A stretch of 64,000 nucleotides of DNA from Chloroflexota bacterium (GTDB lineage Bacteria > Chloroflexota > Dormibacteria > CF-121). The notes under the pieces were generated by a model. It saw only the letters and a program-made list of their open reading frames with translations, was not told the origin of the DNA and made no database searches. The stretch spans positions 2,440 to 66,439 of the forward strand of contig VBDY01000121.1 in NCBI GenBank assembly GCA_005882775.1, in the 5' to 3' direction. Each line of letters starts with the position of its first letter. Positions within the stretch are counted from its first letter, which is position 1. This document shows positions 18,618-28,922 of the stretch, piece by piece. Made by a program: the position numbers and the translations under genes.

Positions 18618-20159
18618 ATGGTGCGCAGTGTGAACGTGTCCCTTGAGGGCGCCGGACTGACGCCATCCCAGGTCCAGCAGGTCGCCCGCTACAGAGCGCG
18701 CGTCACGCTCAGCCAGGACGCCCGCAAACGGCTCCAGCGGGCTCGGGCGGTGGTGGACGGCCTGGTCGATCGGGGAGAAGTCGTCTACGGGCTGAACACC
18801 GGGGTGGGGGCGCTGCGGACGACGAAGATTGCGCCCTCAGAAGTCCGCCGCCTGCAGCGCAACCTGGTCCGCAGCCACGCCGTTGGGGTGGGGCCGCTGC
18901 TCGAGGAGGAGCTGGTCCGAGCCGGCATGCTGGTACGCGTGAATCAGTTCTGCCAGGGATCATCCGGTGTCCGGCCGGAGGTCGCTGAGCGCCTGATCGA
19001 CCTGCTCAATCACGACGTCTGCCCGTGCGTGCCGGAGAAGGGGTCGCTTGGCGCCAGCGGCGACCTGGCACCCTCGGCGCATGTCGGCCTGGTGCTGATG
19101 GGCGAGGGCCAGGTCCTGCACGCTGGCTCGCCCATTGACGGCGCGGAGGCCCTGCGTGCTGAGCGGATCGAGCCCTTGCAGCTGGAGGCAAAAGACGCCC
19201 TCTCGATCCTCAACGGCACGCACTTCATGACCGGCGCCGCCGCCCTCCTGCTGGAGGATGCCCGCCGGCTTGCGCTCACCGCCGACGTGGTGGTTGCTCT
19301 CAGCCTGGAAGCTCTACGCGGTACCAGGACGGCTTTCGACCCGCGGATCCACGCGGCTCGTCCGCACCCGGGACAGGTCGCCTCGGCGGCCAGGATCTGG
19401 GCAATGACGGAGGGCAGCGAGATCATCGCCTCGCACGCCGAATGCGACCGGGTCCAGGATGCCTACTCCTTGCGGTGCGCGGCCCAGGTCCACGGCGCCT
19501 CGGCCGACGCCCTCGACTATCTATCTCGCGTGCTCGCGGTTGAGCTAAACGCAGGAACCGATAATCCCATGGTGTTCCCGGATCAGGGCGCCGTCATCTC
19601 CGGCGGAAACTTCCACGGGCAGCCCCTGGCGCTGGCCCTGGACACGGCGGCCATCGCGATCGCCGAGATGGGCAGTATCTCGGAACGACGGCTGTTCCGT
19701 CTGCTCACCGAGCACCTGTCCGACCTGCCCCCCTTCCTGACCAGGCACTCAGGCGTCAACAGCGGCTACATGCTCTTGCAGTACACGGCCGCCGCCCTGG
19801 TCACCGAAAACCAGATGCTGGCGGCCCCCGCCAGCGTGCACTCTTTGCCGACGTCTGCGGACCAGGAAGACCACAACAGCATGGGATGGCACGCGGCGCT
19901 CAAGGCCCGCCAGGTGCTGCGCAACGTGGAGACCATCCTGGCGCTGGAGGCGCTGGCGGCGGCACAGGGCATCGATCTCCTGGCCCCGATGAAGCCGGCC
20001 GAATCGACCGGCATCGCGCAGCAAATTATCCGGGCCCTGGTGCCTACGCTCGAGGAGGATCGCGCCTTCGAGGCGGAGATCCGGGCCGCCACCGGGCTGG
20101 TGCGAGACGGCGCGCTGGCCCAGCTGGCTGAGCAGGCCTCCTCGCCGGCGCCGCGATGA
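18618..20159 (+). CDS. hutH: histidine ammonia-lyase
   Basis: MIO-forming [11 protein letters not shown] motif. 513 aa, co-linear with HAL/PAL family lyases. Confidence 0.95.
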   Translation: MVRSVNVSLEGAGLTPSQVQQVARYRARVTLSQDARKRLQRARAVVDGLVDRGEVVYGLNTGVGALRTTKIAPSEVRRLQRNLVRSHAVGVGPLLEEELVRAGMLVRVNQFCQGSSGVRPEVAERLIDLLNHDVCPCVPEKGSLGASGDLAPSAHVGLVLMGEGQVLHAGSPIDGAEALRAERIEPLQLEAKDALSILNGTHFMTGAAALLLEDARRLALTADVVVALSLEALRGTRTAFDPRIHAARPHPGQVASAARIWAMTEGSEIIASHAECDRVQDAYSLRCAAQVHGASADALDYLSRVLAVELNAGTDNPMVFPDQGAVISGGNFHGQPLALALDTAAIAIAEMGSISERRLFRLLTEHLSDLPPFLTRHSGVNSGYMLLQYTAAALVTENQMLAAPASVHSLPTSADQEDHNSMGWHAALKARQVLRNVETILALEALAAAQGIDLLAPMKPAESTGIAQQIIRALVPTLEEDRAFEAEIRAATGLVRDGALAQLAEQASSPAPR

Positions 20160-21808
20160 CCGGGGCGCCCGCGATTCGCGCGGCTCGCGGCACCGAGCTC
20201 AGCTGTTTGGGATGGTCGCAGGAGGCGGCGCTGCGAATGCTCTGCAACAACCTCGACCCGGAGGTTGCGGAGCGGCCCGAAGACCTGGTGGTCTATGGCG
20301 GCACGGGCAAAGCGGCCCGGGATTGGCCCTCGTTTCACGCCATCGTGGCCAGCCTGCGGCAGCTCAAGTCCGATGAGACGCTGCTGGTCCAGTCGGGTAA
20401 GGCAGTCGGCATCTTTCGCACCCACGAGTACGCCCCTCGCGTCCTGATCGCGAACAGTAACCTGGTCCCGCGCTGGGCGACCTGGGAGCATTTCTGGGAA
20501 CTGGAGCGGCTCGGCCTGATGATGTACGGGCAGATGACGGCCGGGAGCTGGATCTACATCGGCACCCAGGGGATCCTCCAGGGCACGTACGAGACGTTCG
20601 GGGCGCTGGCGGCAAAGCGGTTCGACGGCAGCCTGCGTGGGCGCATCGTCCTGACCAGCGGACTTGGAGGAATGGGAGGCGCTCAGCCGCTCGCCATCAC
20701 CATGAACGACGGCATCGCCCTCTGCGTGGAGGTGGACGATGCCCGGATCCAGCGGCGGCTGAAAACCCGATACCTGGACCGTGCCACGGCGCATCTCGAC
20801 GAAGCCCTTCGATGGGCGGAGGAGGCCCGCCAGAAGGCAACCCCGGTCTCGATCGGAGTCCTTGGCAATGCCGCCGAGGTTTATCCGGCGCTCTACCGTC
20901 AAGGCTTTCGGCCGGATGTCGTGACCGACCAGACCTCCGCTCACGATCCGCTCCGCGGCTATATCCCGGCGCCGCTACAGGTCGACGAGGCGGCAGATTT
21001 GCGCGAGCGCGATCCGCTCGAGTACATGGAGATGGTCAAGCATTCCGTTCGCGACCACGTGGGCGCGATGCTGAATTTTCAGCGAGCCGGGGCTGAAGTC
21101 TTTGACTACGGCAACAACCTGCGCGGCCAGGCGGTGGCTTCGGGCGTCAAGGACGCCTTCAACTTTCCGGGCTTCGTACCCGCCTACATCCGGCCGCTCT
21201 TCTGCGAGGGCAAGGGGCCCTTTCGCTGGGTCGCGCTCTCCGGCGAGCCGGACGACATCTACCGGACCGACGCCGCCGTGATCGAGGTGCTGCCGGAGAA
21301 CGACCATCTGCGACGCTGGCTGCGGATGGCGCGCGAGCGGGTCCAGTTTCAGGGTCTGCCGGCGCGCATCTGCTGGCTCGGCTACGGCGAGCGCGCCCAG
21401 GTGGGACTGCGCTTCAACGAGCTGGTAGCAAGCGGGCAGCTGAAGGCGCCAATCGTGATCGGCCGCGACCACCTGGACGCGGGTTCGGTGGCCTCCCCCT
21501 ACCGTGAAACCGAGGCCATGAAGGATGGCAGTGATGCCGTGGCCGACTGGCCCATCCTGAACGCGCTGATCAACACGGCCGCCGGGGCTAGCTGGGTTTC
21601 GGTGCATCACGGTGGTGGCGTTGGCATGGGTAACTCGATCCACGCCGGGATGGTGGTCGTGGCGGACGGTACGCGGGCCATGGGAGATCGCCTGGAGCGC
21701 GTTCTGACCACTGATCCCGGGATGGGGGTAATCAGGCACGCCGACGCGGGCTACCAGACCGCCATAGAATTTGCCCGCGAGCACGCGATCAACCGAGCCG
21801 GCTCGTGA
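20156..21808 (+). CDS. hutU: urocanate hydratase
   Basis: 550 aa with [13 protein letters not shown]-binding block and [17 protein letters not shown], diagnostic of urocanase. ATGA overlap with hutH. Confidence 0.95.
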   Translation: MTGAPAIRAARGTELSCLGWSQEAALRMLCNNLDPEVAERPEDLVVYGGTGKAARDWPSFHAIVASLRQLKSDETLLVQSGKAVGIFRTHEYAPRVLIANSNLVPRWATWEHFWELERLGLMMYGQMTAGSWIYIGTQGILQGTYETFGALAAKRFDGSLRGRIVLTSGLGGMGGAQPLAITMNDGIALCVEVDDARIQRRLKTRYLDRATAHLDEALRWAEEARQKATPVSIGVLGNAAEVYPALYRQGFRPDVVTDQTSAHDPLRGYIPAPLQVDEAADLRERDPLEYMEMVKHSVRDHVGAMLNFQRAGAEVFDYGNNLRGQAVASGVKDAFNFPGFVPAYIRPLFCEGKGPFRWVALSGEPDDIYRTDAAVIEVLPENDHLRRWLRMARERVQFQGLPARICWLGYGERAQVGLRFNELVASGQLKAPIVIGRDHLDAGSVASPYRETEAMKDGSDAVADWPILNALINTAAGASWVSVHHGGGVGMGNSIHAGMVVVADGTRAMGDRLERVLTTDPGMGVIRHADAGYQTAIEFAREHAINRAGS

Positions 21809-22337
21809 TCGACGCGAAGACGACCTCCTCGGCCTGGTCTGCGTCGATCGCCCGAAGCGTGCCTCGCTCGCGGTAGTAATCGATCAGGGGAGCCGTCTGC
21901 TGGAGGTAGACGTCTATGCGGTGCGCTACGATCTCGGGCTGGTCGTCACTGCGGTGGCGGTGTCCCAAACGATCAAGCAGCGCCTGGCGTCCGATCTCCA
22001 GGTAGAGGACGGCGTCGATCGGCCGCTCCAACTGGGCGAGTAGCGCGTCCAGCGCCTGCGCCTGGGCAACGGTGCGTGGAAAGCCGTCCAGGATGAAGCC
22101 GGTTTGCGTGTCGGGCTCGTCCAGGCGGTGGCCGATGATACCGATCACCACCTCGTCTGGGACCAGCTCACCACGGTCCATGAAGCCGCGGGCCTGACGG
22201 CCGAGGCGAGTCCCGGCGAGGCGCTGCGCCCGCAGGATCTCGCCGGTGGAGATTGCCGGGATCTGATACGCGAGTGTCAGGCGCTCGGCCTGGGTGCCCT
22301 TTCCGCTGCCGGGCGGGCCGAGAAGCACCAGGTCCAT
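21789..22337 (-). CDS. adk: adenylate kinase (short-LID form)
   Basis: Start set at ATG 22337 ([21 protein letters not shown]-loop). [10 protein letters not shown] and a short lid without Cys4. The 3' end overlaps the hutU 3' end by 20 nt (convergent). Confidence 0.9.
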   Translation of the reverse strand: MDLVLLGPPGSGKGTQAERLTLAYQIPAISTGEILRAQRLAGTRLGRQARGFMDRGELVPDEVVIGIIGHRLDEPDTQTGFILDGFPRTVAQAQALDALLAQLERPIDAVLYLEIGRQALLDRLGHRHRSDDQPEIVAHRIDVYLQQTAPLIDYYRERGTLRAIDADQAEEVVFASITSRLG

Positions 22338-22345
22338 GGCATCGC

Positions 22346-22876
22346 CTAGCCCGGATTCCGGAGAGGGGCGGCCTCGGCCCGGGCGGCTTCGGTGCGGCGT
22401 CCATTTAGAGGCGGGGCGGTCGACCACGGGAAGTTGACCCAGCGCGCGGTGCGCCGCCACACGTATTCGCACTTCACGACCGAAGGTGGCTTCTCGTAGA
22501 TCACGGCGCACCGGACGTCGGCTACATGGGCCGAACAGAAGTCCTTGACCATCTTCAGGGTGCCGCCGGTATCGGCCACGTCGTCGGTGACGAGCAGGTG
22601 GGCGCCCGCGATCTCAACCGCGTTCAGGAGGGGCGGCAGCATGACCGGAAAATCGAGCCTCTCGTCCACCCCGGTGTAGAACTCGACGCTGATCATGAAG
22701 ACGTTCTTCACATCGAGGGCGTAGGCGATGGTGGCCGCCGGAAGGAGGCCACCGCGGGCGATTCCCAGGATTATGTTCGGCCGGTAGCCGCTATCGGCGA
22801 CCTGTTGCGCCAGCGCTCGGCTGGCCTCTCCAAACGTCTCCCAGGTCAGCACTTCCCGCTCTGCCGGGGCAACCAT
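22346..22876 (-). CDS. purine phosphoribosyltransferase (Xpt/Gpt-like type I PRT)
   Basis: PRPP-binding loop LLVTDDVADTGGTL. 176 aa. Directly upstream of adk (8-nt gap). Confidence 0.8.
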   Translation of the reverse strand: MVAPAEREVLTWETFGEASRALAQQVADSGYRPNIILGIARGGLLPAATIAYALDVKNVFMISVEFYTGVDERLDFPVMLPPLLNAVEIAGAHLLVTDDVADTGGTLKMVKDFCSAHVADVRCAVIYEKPPSVVKCEYVWRRTARWVNFPWSTAPPLNGRRTEAARAEAAPLRNPG

Positions 22877-23074
22877 CTCTGGCAGAGCTTACGGGAAGCC
22901 AGCCAGTCTCGAATGATCGGCCCGGGGATCCCCGGCCGTCACAGTTTGGCAGCGGATCGGCGACCGGTCGTCAACGATCCGGGTCGCAAGCAAGGAGGGT
23001 CACCGCGGGCCGCGTTGCACCCAGCAGACGCGACTCGCATCTTGCACGACGGTCGTGCATTCGGGGAGGACCGC

Positions 23075-23881
23075 ATGCGTATCAGATCATTTGCCCGCCG
23101 CGCACGCACGACCGGCTTTGTCGCCGCTGGAATGGTGGCCCTGGCATTGAGTGCCGCTGCGCCAACCGGCGCCGGCCTCGGGGTTGACGACTTTCCCTAT
23201 CGGGGTACGGTGGGCAGGCTAGATCCACGCGGCTTCTATACCGGCTACTGCACTTCCTTCGTCGCCTGGCGCTTGAGCCAGGCCGGCATCAACTTCCACG
23301 GGGCCAGCCTGACCGGGCCCAATGGACAGACTCGCCAGTTCGGCAACGGCGGCAACTGGGACGCCGCCGCGGTGCAGGTCGGCTTCACCGTCGATACCCA
23401 CCCGGCGGTGGGAGCGGTGGCAGTCTGGCACGGGGGTGAAGGCGGTGCCTGGTCCGCCGGACACGTCGCTTATGTGATGGCGGTCGACAGTGCCGGTCGC
23501 GCGCGCGTCGAGGAGTACAACTGGAGCGTTCGCTACGGATACGACCAGCGAGTCGTCGCCGCTCCACGCTACATCCATTTCAGGCCGGCTGCCACGGTCG
23601 CGCCCGGGCAAGTCCCAACCCCGAATCGCACCCCTGCTCTTTCCAGACCGTACCGCGTCACCATCACCCTTAACCATCGGCGGGGGCCTGGCATTTGGTT
23701 CGCATCGCTGGGACTGATCCCGGCGGGATCGACCATCAGGGTGACTTGCCAGACCAGGTCGTCCAGTGTCGTCCACGGTTCCAGCATCTGGGATCGGCTT
23801 GTCGACGGGTCATACGTGGCCGACGTCTACACCACCACTCCGCGATTCAACGCCTTCACGCCGGGTCTGCCGCGCTGCTGA
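23075..23881 (+). CDS. secreted CHAP-domain peptidoglycan hydrolase with C-terminal SH3b-like domain
   Basis: Start set at ATG 23075 (RBS GGGGAGGA). Signal peptide MRIRSFARRARTTGFVAAGMVALALSAAA. CHAP Cys block YCTSFVAWRL and His block GHVAYV. The long ORF back to 22526 is antisense to the PRT gene. Confidence 0.8.
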   Translation: MRIRSFARRARTTGFVAAGMVALALSAAAPTGAGLGVDDFPYRGTVGRLDPRGFYTGYCTSFVAWRLSQAGINFHGASLTGPNGQTRQFGNGGNWDAAAVQVGFTVDTHPAVGAVAVWHGGEGGAWSAGHVAYVMAVDSAGRARVEEYNWSVRYGYDQRVVAAPRYIHFRPAATVAPGQVPTPNRTPALSRPYRVTITLNHRRGPGIWFASLGLIPAGSTIRVTCQTRSSSVVHGSSIWDRLVDGSYVADVYTTTPRFNAFTPGLPRC

Positions 23882-23898
23882 TCGGGCGCACCGGGTAA

Positions 23899-23926
23899 GG
23901 GGCATCGCCGACCGCGGCGCTGCCCC
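23899..23926 (+). terminator. GC-rich stem-loop after the CHAP gene (no U-tract)
   Basis: GGGGCA-t-CGCCG-accg-CGGCG-c-TGCCCC. 11 bp paired, with one T/C mismatch. Confidence 0.35.
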
Positions 23927-23982
23927 GCGATATCCTCTGCTCTAGCCATCGAACACGCCGGACAAAGTAGGCGATTGACGCC

Positions 23983-25206
23983 GTGACGGGTGCCGATTTT
24001 GTCGTGCGGCGCGCGGGCTTGCTCGTCACTATGGTGCCGCGGGGGGATGACCCGCTCGGACGCATCCGCAACGGCGCCCTGGCGGCCCGGGCCGGCCGGG
24101 TGGTCTGGATCGGGCCCGACGCCGACCTGGAGCGTCAGGTGACCCTCGACGGAGACAGTCTCGACGCCCAGGGAGCGTGCCTGCTGCCCGGCCTGGTCGA
24201 CGCCCATACCCATCCGGTTTTCGCGGGCGCCCGCGCCGACGAATTCGCGGAGCGCGTCAGTGGCGTTCCCTACGAGAACCAGCAATCGGAGGGCCGGGGC
24301 ATCATGCGGACCGTGGCGGCAACCCGGGCCGCCGATGACGACGAGCTGCTCGGCCTTGCTCTCCGCCGGGTAAACCGGTTTCTGTCACACGGCACCACAA
24401 CGATAGAAGCCAAGAGCGGCTACGGCCTCGACCTGGAGAACGAGGCGAAGTCGCTGCGGGTGCTTCGGCGCCTGCCGGCACTCGCTCCACTTCGAATCGT
24501 CCCGACGTTTCTCGGGGGGCACGCGGTGCCGACTGGCTTGGAGCGAAGCGAGTACGTCCGGGCCGTCGTCGAGGAGATGCTGCCGGCATTTCGGGGTCTG
24601 GCCCGCTATTGCGACGTGTGGTGCGAAAAGCCGGCCTTTACGCCCGGCGAGACGCGCGCCATCCTTGGTCGGGCGAAGGCTCTGGGTTACCGCCTGCGCG
24701 TCCATGCCGCCCAGCTCGGGCCGGGCGAGGGGCCGCAGATCGCGGCGGAGCTGGGAGCCGCGAGCGCCGACCATCTGGAGTATTCGTCGCCCGAGCAGGC
24801 TCGTGCGCTCGCTCGAGCGGGCACCATAGCCGTGCTCTGCCCGACAGCCAGTTTCACTGTCCCGGGAAGCCGCCGGCCTCCCCTCGAAGCCTTCCGCGAG
24901 GCTGGGGTTCGGATGGCCGTAGCCTCGGACCTGAACCCGGGCACGGCTAATTCCGAAAGCCTGACCATCTCGATGTCGCTTGCCTGCATCGCCTGGGGCA
25001 TGAGTCCGCACGAGGTCCTGATCGGGGCGACCATGAATGCCGCCAGGTCTCTGGGCCTGGAGGGATCCGCGGGCTGTCTGCAGATGGGCAGCTTCGCGGA
25101 CTGCGCTCTATATGACGTCGAAATGCCCGAGGAGATTCCCTACTATGTCGGGGTGAATCGGGTGCTGGCGACCGTCGCCGGCGGGCGCGTGTGGGCCCCG
25201 GCGTGA
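23983..25206 (+). CDS. hutI: imidazolonepropionase
   Basis: Amidohydrolase-fold metal motif GLVDAHTHPVF. 407 aa. Position in the hut locus. Confidence 0.9.
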   Translation: MTGADFVVRRAGLLVTMVPRGDDPLGRIRNGALAARAGRVVWIGPDADLERQVTLDGDSLDAQGACLLPGLVDAHTHPVFAGARADEFAERVSGVPYENQQSEGRGIMRTVAATRAADDDELLGLALRRVNRFLSHGTTTIEAKSGYGLDLENEAKSLRVLRRLPALAPLRIVPTFLGGHAVPTGLERSEYVRAVVEEMLPAFRGLARYCDVWCEKPAFTPGETRAILGRAKALGYRLRVHAAQLGPGEGPQIAAELGAASADHLEYSSPEQARALARAGTIAVLCPTASFTVPGSRRPPLEAFREAGVRMAVASDLNPGTANSESLTISMSLACIAWGMSPHEVLIGATMNAARSLGLEGSAGCLQMGSFADCALYDVEMPEEIPYYVGVNRVLATVAGGRVWAPA

Positions 25207-26099
25207 GCCAGCTCGTCGAGTGCGTTCCAAACTTCTCTGAGGGCCGGCGCCGTGAGGTCATCAACGCCATCGCCGACGCAATCGGTCGGGAAGGTGCCCG
25301 GGTGGTCGATGTCCAGGCTGACGCCGCTCACAACCGGATGGTGGTCACCTTCGTAGCCGAGCCGGAGCTCGCCATCGCGTCCGCATTTGCGGGAGCAAGC
25401 GTGGCGGTCGAGCGAATCGACCTCAATCAGCACCGCGGTGAGCATCCGCGTATGGGCGCCGTCGACGTCGTGCCATTCGTCCCCTTTGCGGATTTGCCCA
25501 TGACCGTTTGCATCGAGCTGGCACATCGTTTCGGTGCCCGGCTCTGGAAAGAATTGCGGGTTCCCGTCTACTACTACGGTGAAGCCGCCAGGAACGCCGA
25601 GCGGCGAGAGCTCGAGCGCGTGCGGCGAGGTGGCTTCGAGGAACTGCGAGACCACGGCAGCGAGCCCGACCGGGAACCCGATGAGGGCGCGGGGCTTCAC
25701 CCAACCGCTGGGGCGACCGCGGTCGGGGCTCGGATTCCGCTGATCGCCTACAACGTGAACCTGAAAACCGAGGACGTGCAGGTGGCAAAGGATATCGCCA
25801 GAACGATCCGGGCATCCTCGGGCGGGATGCCCAATGTCAAGGCCCTCGGGTTCGCGCTGGCGGACCGGGGCCTGGTCCAGGTTTCCATGAATCTGACCGA
25901 CTACCGGGTGTCGAATATCTGGAAGGTTTTTACCGCCATCAAAGCCGAAGCCGAGCGCCGCGGGATCGACGTGCAGGAGTCAGAGATCGTCGGAACGATA
26001 CCGCTGGACGCTGCCGTCCGAACCATCAAGGACGCGGTCATGGAGCCCGCCTTCAAGATGGACCAGATCCTCGAGAAGCGCGTCTGGGCCTCTGAGTGA
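25203..26099 (+). CDS. glutamate formimidoyltransferase (FtcD N-terminal-type domain as stand-alone protein)
   Basis: QLVECVPNFSEGRR is the signature N-terminus of formiminotransferases. GTG 25203 forms a GTGA overlap with the hutI stop (alternative GTG at 25191). Confidence 0.9.
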   Translation: MSQLVECVPNFSEGRRREVINAIADAIGREGARVVDVQADAAHNRMVVTFVAEPELAIASAFAGASVAVERIDLNQHRGEHPRMGAVDVVPFVPFADLPMTVCIELAHRFGARLWKELRVPVYYYGEAARNAERRELERVRRGGFEELRDHGSEPDREPDEGAGLHPTAGATAVGARIPLIAYNVNLKTEDVQVAKDIARTIRASSGGMPNVKALGFALADRGLVQVSMNLTDYRVSNIWKVFTAIKAEAERRGIDVQESEIVGTIPLDAAVRTIKDAVMEPAFKMDQILEKRVWASE

Positions 26100-26674
26100 C
26101 CTCGGTCGTCGAGACGCCGATTGGCGAATACCTTGAGGGGCTGGCCTCGACGGCTTCCGTGCCGGGCGGCGGAAGCGCCGCTGCGGTGGCCGCTGCGATG
26201 GGAGCCGCCCTGATGAGCATGGTCGCCAAGCTGAGTGTGCGAAAGGCAACGCCCGCACAAAATGTAGAGGCGCTCCATTCGATTGTGCCCCAGTTCGACC
26301 GGGCTTGCGAGCTGCTCGGCCGGCTGAGCCAGGACGACATCGAAGCCTACCGGTCGGTCACCGGCGCCCGCAAAGCGGCTCGGGCCGATCAAGGGCGGCA
26401 GGCAGAGCTGGCGGCCGCCATCGCGCGCGCCACCGTGGTTCCGCTGGAAACCGCCCGAGCTGCGACAGAGGCCCTCGATGCGGCGGGCCGCCTTCGGGGC
26501 CTGGTTTGGGAGATGGTGGCCTCCGATTTCGAGACCGGATATCTTCTGCTCCAAACCGGCTTCCGGGGGGCCATGGCAAACGCCGCCATCAACCTGCCCG
26601 AGCTTTCGGGGGACACTCGATCGAGGCTCGACGGCGAATACCAAAACCTGCTCGCACACCGCCCCGTGTCGTAA
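26096..26674 (+). CDS. formimidoyltetrahydrofolate cyclodeaminase-family protein (FtcD C-terminal-type)
   Basis: PGGGSAAAVAAAMGAALMSMVAKLS block typical of cyclodeaminase/cyclohydrolase family proteins. GTGA overlap with the preceding gene. Confidence 0.8.
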   Translation: MTSVVETPIGEYLEGLASTASVPGGGSAAAVAAAMGAALMSMVAKLSVRKATPAQNVEALHSIVPQFDRACELLGRLSQDDIEAYRSVTGARKAARADQGRQAELAAAIARATVVPLETARAATEALDAAGRLRGLVWEMVASDFETGYLLLQTGFRGAMANAAINLPELSGDTRSRLDGEYQNLLAHRPVS

Positions 26675-26733
26675 CCTCCGTCCTCCCGACGGATTGTGTT
26701 AAGTAGGCTGAACTCACCTCAGGGAGGTCGGTT

Positions 26734-27147
26734 GTGGGCAACCGCTCGACTGTGCAGACGGTCGCGTTCGTTTTCGGCGGTATTTATCTGGTCGTTGGCG
26801 TCCTTGGCTTCATCGGCCCGCTCATCGGAAATGGGGGCGGCTTGATAACGATCAGCCAGGACAAGCACGCGCTCCTCGGCCTGGCCGACGTCAACCTTCT
26901 CCATAACCTGGTCCACCTCGTGATCGGGGTCGCCGGCCTGGCCGCTGCCAGCACGGTCGCCAACTCGAGGACGTTTTGCAGAGTCTTCGGTGTCGTGTTG
27001 CTTCTGGTCGGCGTGGTTGGCATCTTCGTCAGCAACCTCTTTGGTGTCCTCCCGCTCGGCGGCGCCGACATAGCCATTCACCTGGCCAGCGGTGCGGTGC
27101 TCGCGTACTTCGGATTCGCTTCACCGGTCGAGGCACGCGCCGCCTGA
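26734..27147 (+). CDS. DUF4383-type small membrane protein
   Basis: 137 aa with 4 TM segments. N-terminus TVQTVAFVFGGIYLVVGVLGFI and NLLHNLVHLVIG resemble DUF4383, as I recall it. Confidence 0.65.
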   Translation: MGNRSTVQTVAFVFGGIYLVVGVLGFIGPLIGNGGGLITISQDKHALLGLADVNLLHNLVHLVIGVAGLAAASTVANSRTFCRVFGVVLLLVGVVGIFVSNLFGVLPLGGADIAIHLASGAVLAYFGFASPVEARAA

Positions 27148-27198
27148 CGGACCGCTCTCATCCGGCAAGAGCCTCGGTTCCCGTCGAGGCTCTCTTCT

Positions 27199-27981
27199 TT
27201 ACAGGAGGCTTCCGACCAGGCCCCCGTCAGCCTGGACCGTGGCGCCGGTGATGTAGCTGGCGCGAGAGGACGCCAGGAAGACGACAAGGTTGGCGACTTC
27301 TCTGGCTTCACCGTAACGACCGAGGGGCGCCAGCCCTGCCTGCTGCTTTCGGATCTCGTCGAGAGGCCGGTTCTCCCTCCTGGCTCGCGCCTCGTCAAGC
27401 GCACGCAGCCGGTCCGTGTCGATGCGACCGGGCAGGACGGTGTTGACTCGGATGCCGTGGGGGCCGAGCTCCTTCGAGAGGGTCTTCGCCAGGCCCGCCG
27501 CCCCGGCGCGGATGGCATTCGAGAGGATCAGGCTCGGGATTGGTTCTTTGACCCCCCAGGACATGAGCTGCACGACCGCGCTTGGCGCGGCGGCCTTGAG
27601 GTGCGGCAGCGCGGCGCGGACCAGGCGTACACCGCTCATCAAGTTTTGCTCGAAAGCAGCCTGCCAGGCGGCGTCATCGAAGTCCTCGAACCGTCCGGCC
27701 GGCGGGCCGCCGGCATTGATGAAGAGGGCGTCGAGGCGTCCGTTGCGTTGACTGCTCGCGACCAGGCGCTCGATGTCGTCCGCCTGGGTCAGGTTCGCCC
27801 GGACGGCCTGCAGGGTCCCTAACGGTCGCAGCCCCTCAGCCGCCGCCTGTAGTCCGGCCTGATCGCGGGCGCAGATGGTGACGTGCGCTCCTTCCCGGAG
27901 AAACTCTTCAGCGACCGCTCGACCAATTCCGCGGCTGGCAGCCGTGACCAGGACCGCCTTCCCTTTCAGCTCCAGGTCCAC
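27199..27981 (-). CDS. SDR-family oxidoreductase
   Basis: Cofactor motif VTAASRGIGRA. 260 aa, classical SDR length. GTG start. Confidence 0.85.
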   Translation of the reverse strand: MDLELKGKAVLVTAASRGIGRAVAEEFLREGAHVTICARDQAGLQAAAEGLRPLGTLQAVRANLTQADDIERLVASSQRNGRLDALFINAGGPPAGRFEDFDDAAWQAAFEQNLMSGVRLVRAALPHLKAAAPSAVVQLMSWGVKEPIPSLILSNAIRAGAAGLAKTLSKELGPHGIRVNTVLPGRIDTDRLRALDEARARRENRPLDEIRKQQAGLAPLGRYGEAREVANLVVFLASSRASYITGATVQADGGLVGSLL

Positions 27982-28007
27982 GAGGCCTCAGTCTAGACTT
28001 GGAAGAG

Positions 28008-28922
28008 ATGTCCGGCGCCTTCCCTTCGTTCGAAAGCCGGACCGTGCCGCTGGACGGCGTCAGCGTGCATTACCTGGTGGGCGGTCGGGGATCACCTCTG
28101 GTGCTGGTTCATGGCCTCGGCAGCTCGGCGCAGGTCGAGTTCGCTTTCAACCTGGAGGCGCTGGCGGCTCGCCACCAGGTTTTCGGCGTCGATTTGCCCG
28201 GCTTCGGGCGCTCCGACAAGCCGGCCCTGCAGTATGACATTCCGTTCTTCGTGAAGGTGTTGCGCGCCTTCCTTAGTGCGCAGGGCCTGCGTCAAACCGC
28301 CCTGGTCGGAGTGTCAATGGGCGGCCGGATCGCGCTCGGTCTCGCCCTGGAGGAACCGGAAACTATCAGCAGCCTGGTGCTGGTTGATGCCCTGGGAGTT
28401 GGCCTGCCCCGCCGGGTGCTGGCCTACCGCCTGTTGCTGACGCGTGGGCTCGGCGAGCTGGCCCTGACCGGTACCGCCCGAGCCATGCGGCGAATGAACC
28501 CTCGCCTGGTGCGGCGATTCTGGGGCTGGTACCTGCGCCGCCCTCAATCGGTCGAGCAGATCCTGACAGACGACCGAATTGCAGACCACGGCATCCTGCT
28601 CTCAACCCCGGCGTACCGGGCCGCCTACCTCTCGGCGCTGCGGTCGCTGGCCGGCAGCCGCCGGCTTCGGGACGGTGTCAGGGTCGAGGACCGTCTCGGC
28701 GAGCTGGCCGTCCCCACCCTGCTGGTCTGGGGCCGCCACGACCACATCTTTCCGCCGACCCACGCCGAGGCCGCCCGCCGAAGGATCCCTCGAGCCGAGC
28801 TGGCCATTTTCGAGGAGAGCGGGCACACGCCCCAGATGGAGCAGCCCGACGCGTTCAACCGGCTGGTCCTGGAGTTCCTGGGGCGACAGACCTCGGGCAC
28901 CCGCTCCGAGCTGGGAGCGTGA
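28008..28922 (+). CDS. alpha/beta-fold hydrolase
   Basis: HG oxyanion motif (LVLVHGLGSS), nucleophile elbow GVSMGG, C-terminal His region (ESGHTPQME). Alternative TTG start at 27999. Confidence 0.8.
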   Translation: MSGAFPSFESRTVPLDGVSVHYLVGGRGSPLVLVHGLGSSAQVEFAFNLEALAARHQVFGVDLPGFGRSDKPALQYDIPFFVKVLRAFLSAQGLRQTALVGVSMGGRIALGLALEEPETISSLVLVDALGVGLPRRVLAYRLLLTRGLGELALTGTARAMRRMNPRLVRRFWGWYLRRPQSVEQILTDDRIADHGILLSTPAYRAAYLSALRSLAGSRRLRDGVRVEDRLGELAVPTLLVWGRHDHIFPPTHAEAARRRIPRAELAIFEESGHTPQMEQPDAFNRLVLEFLGRQTSGTRSELGA

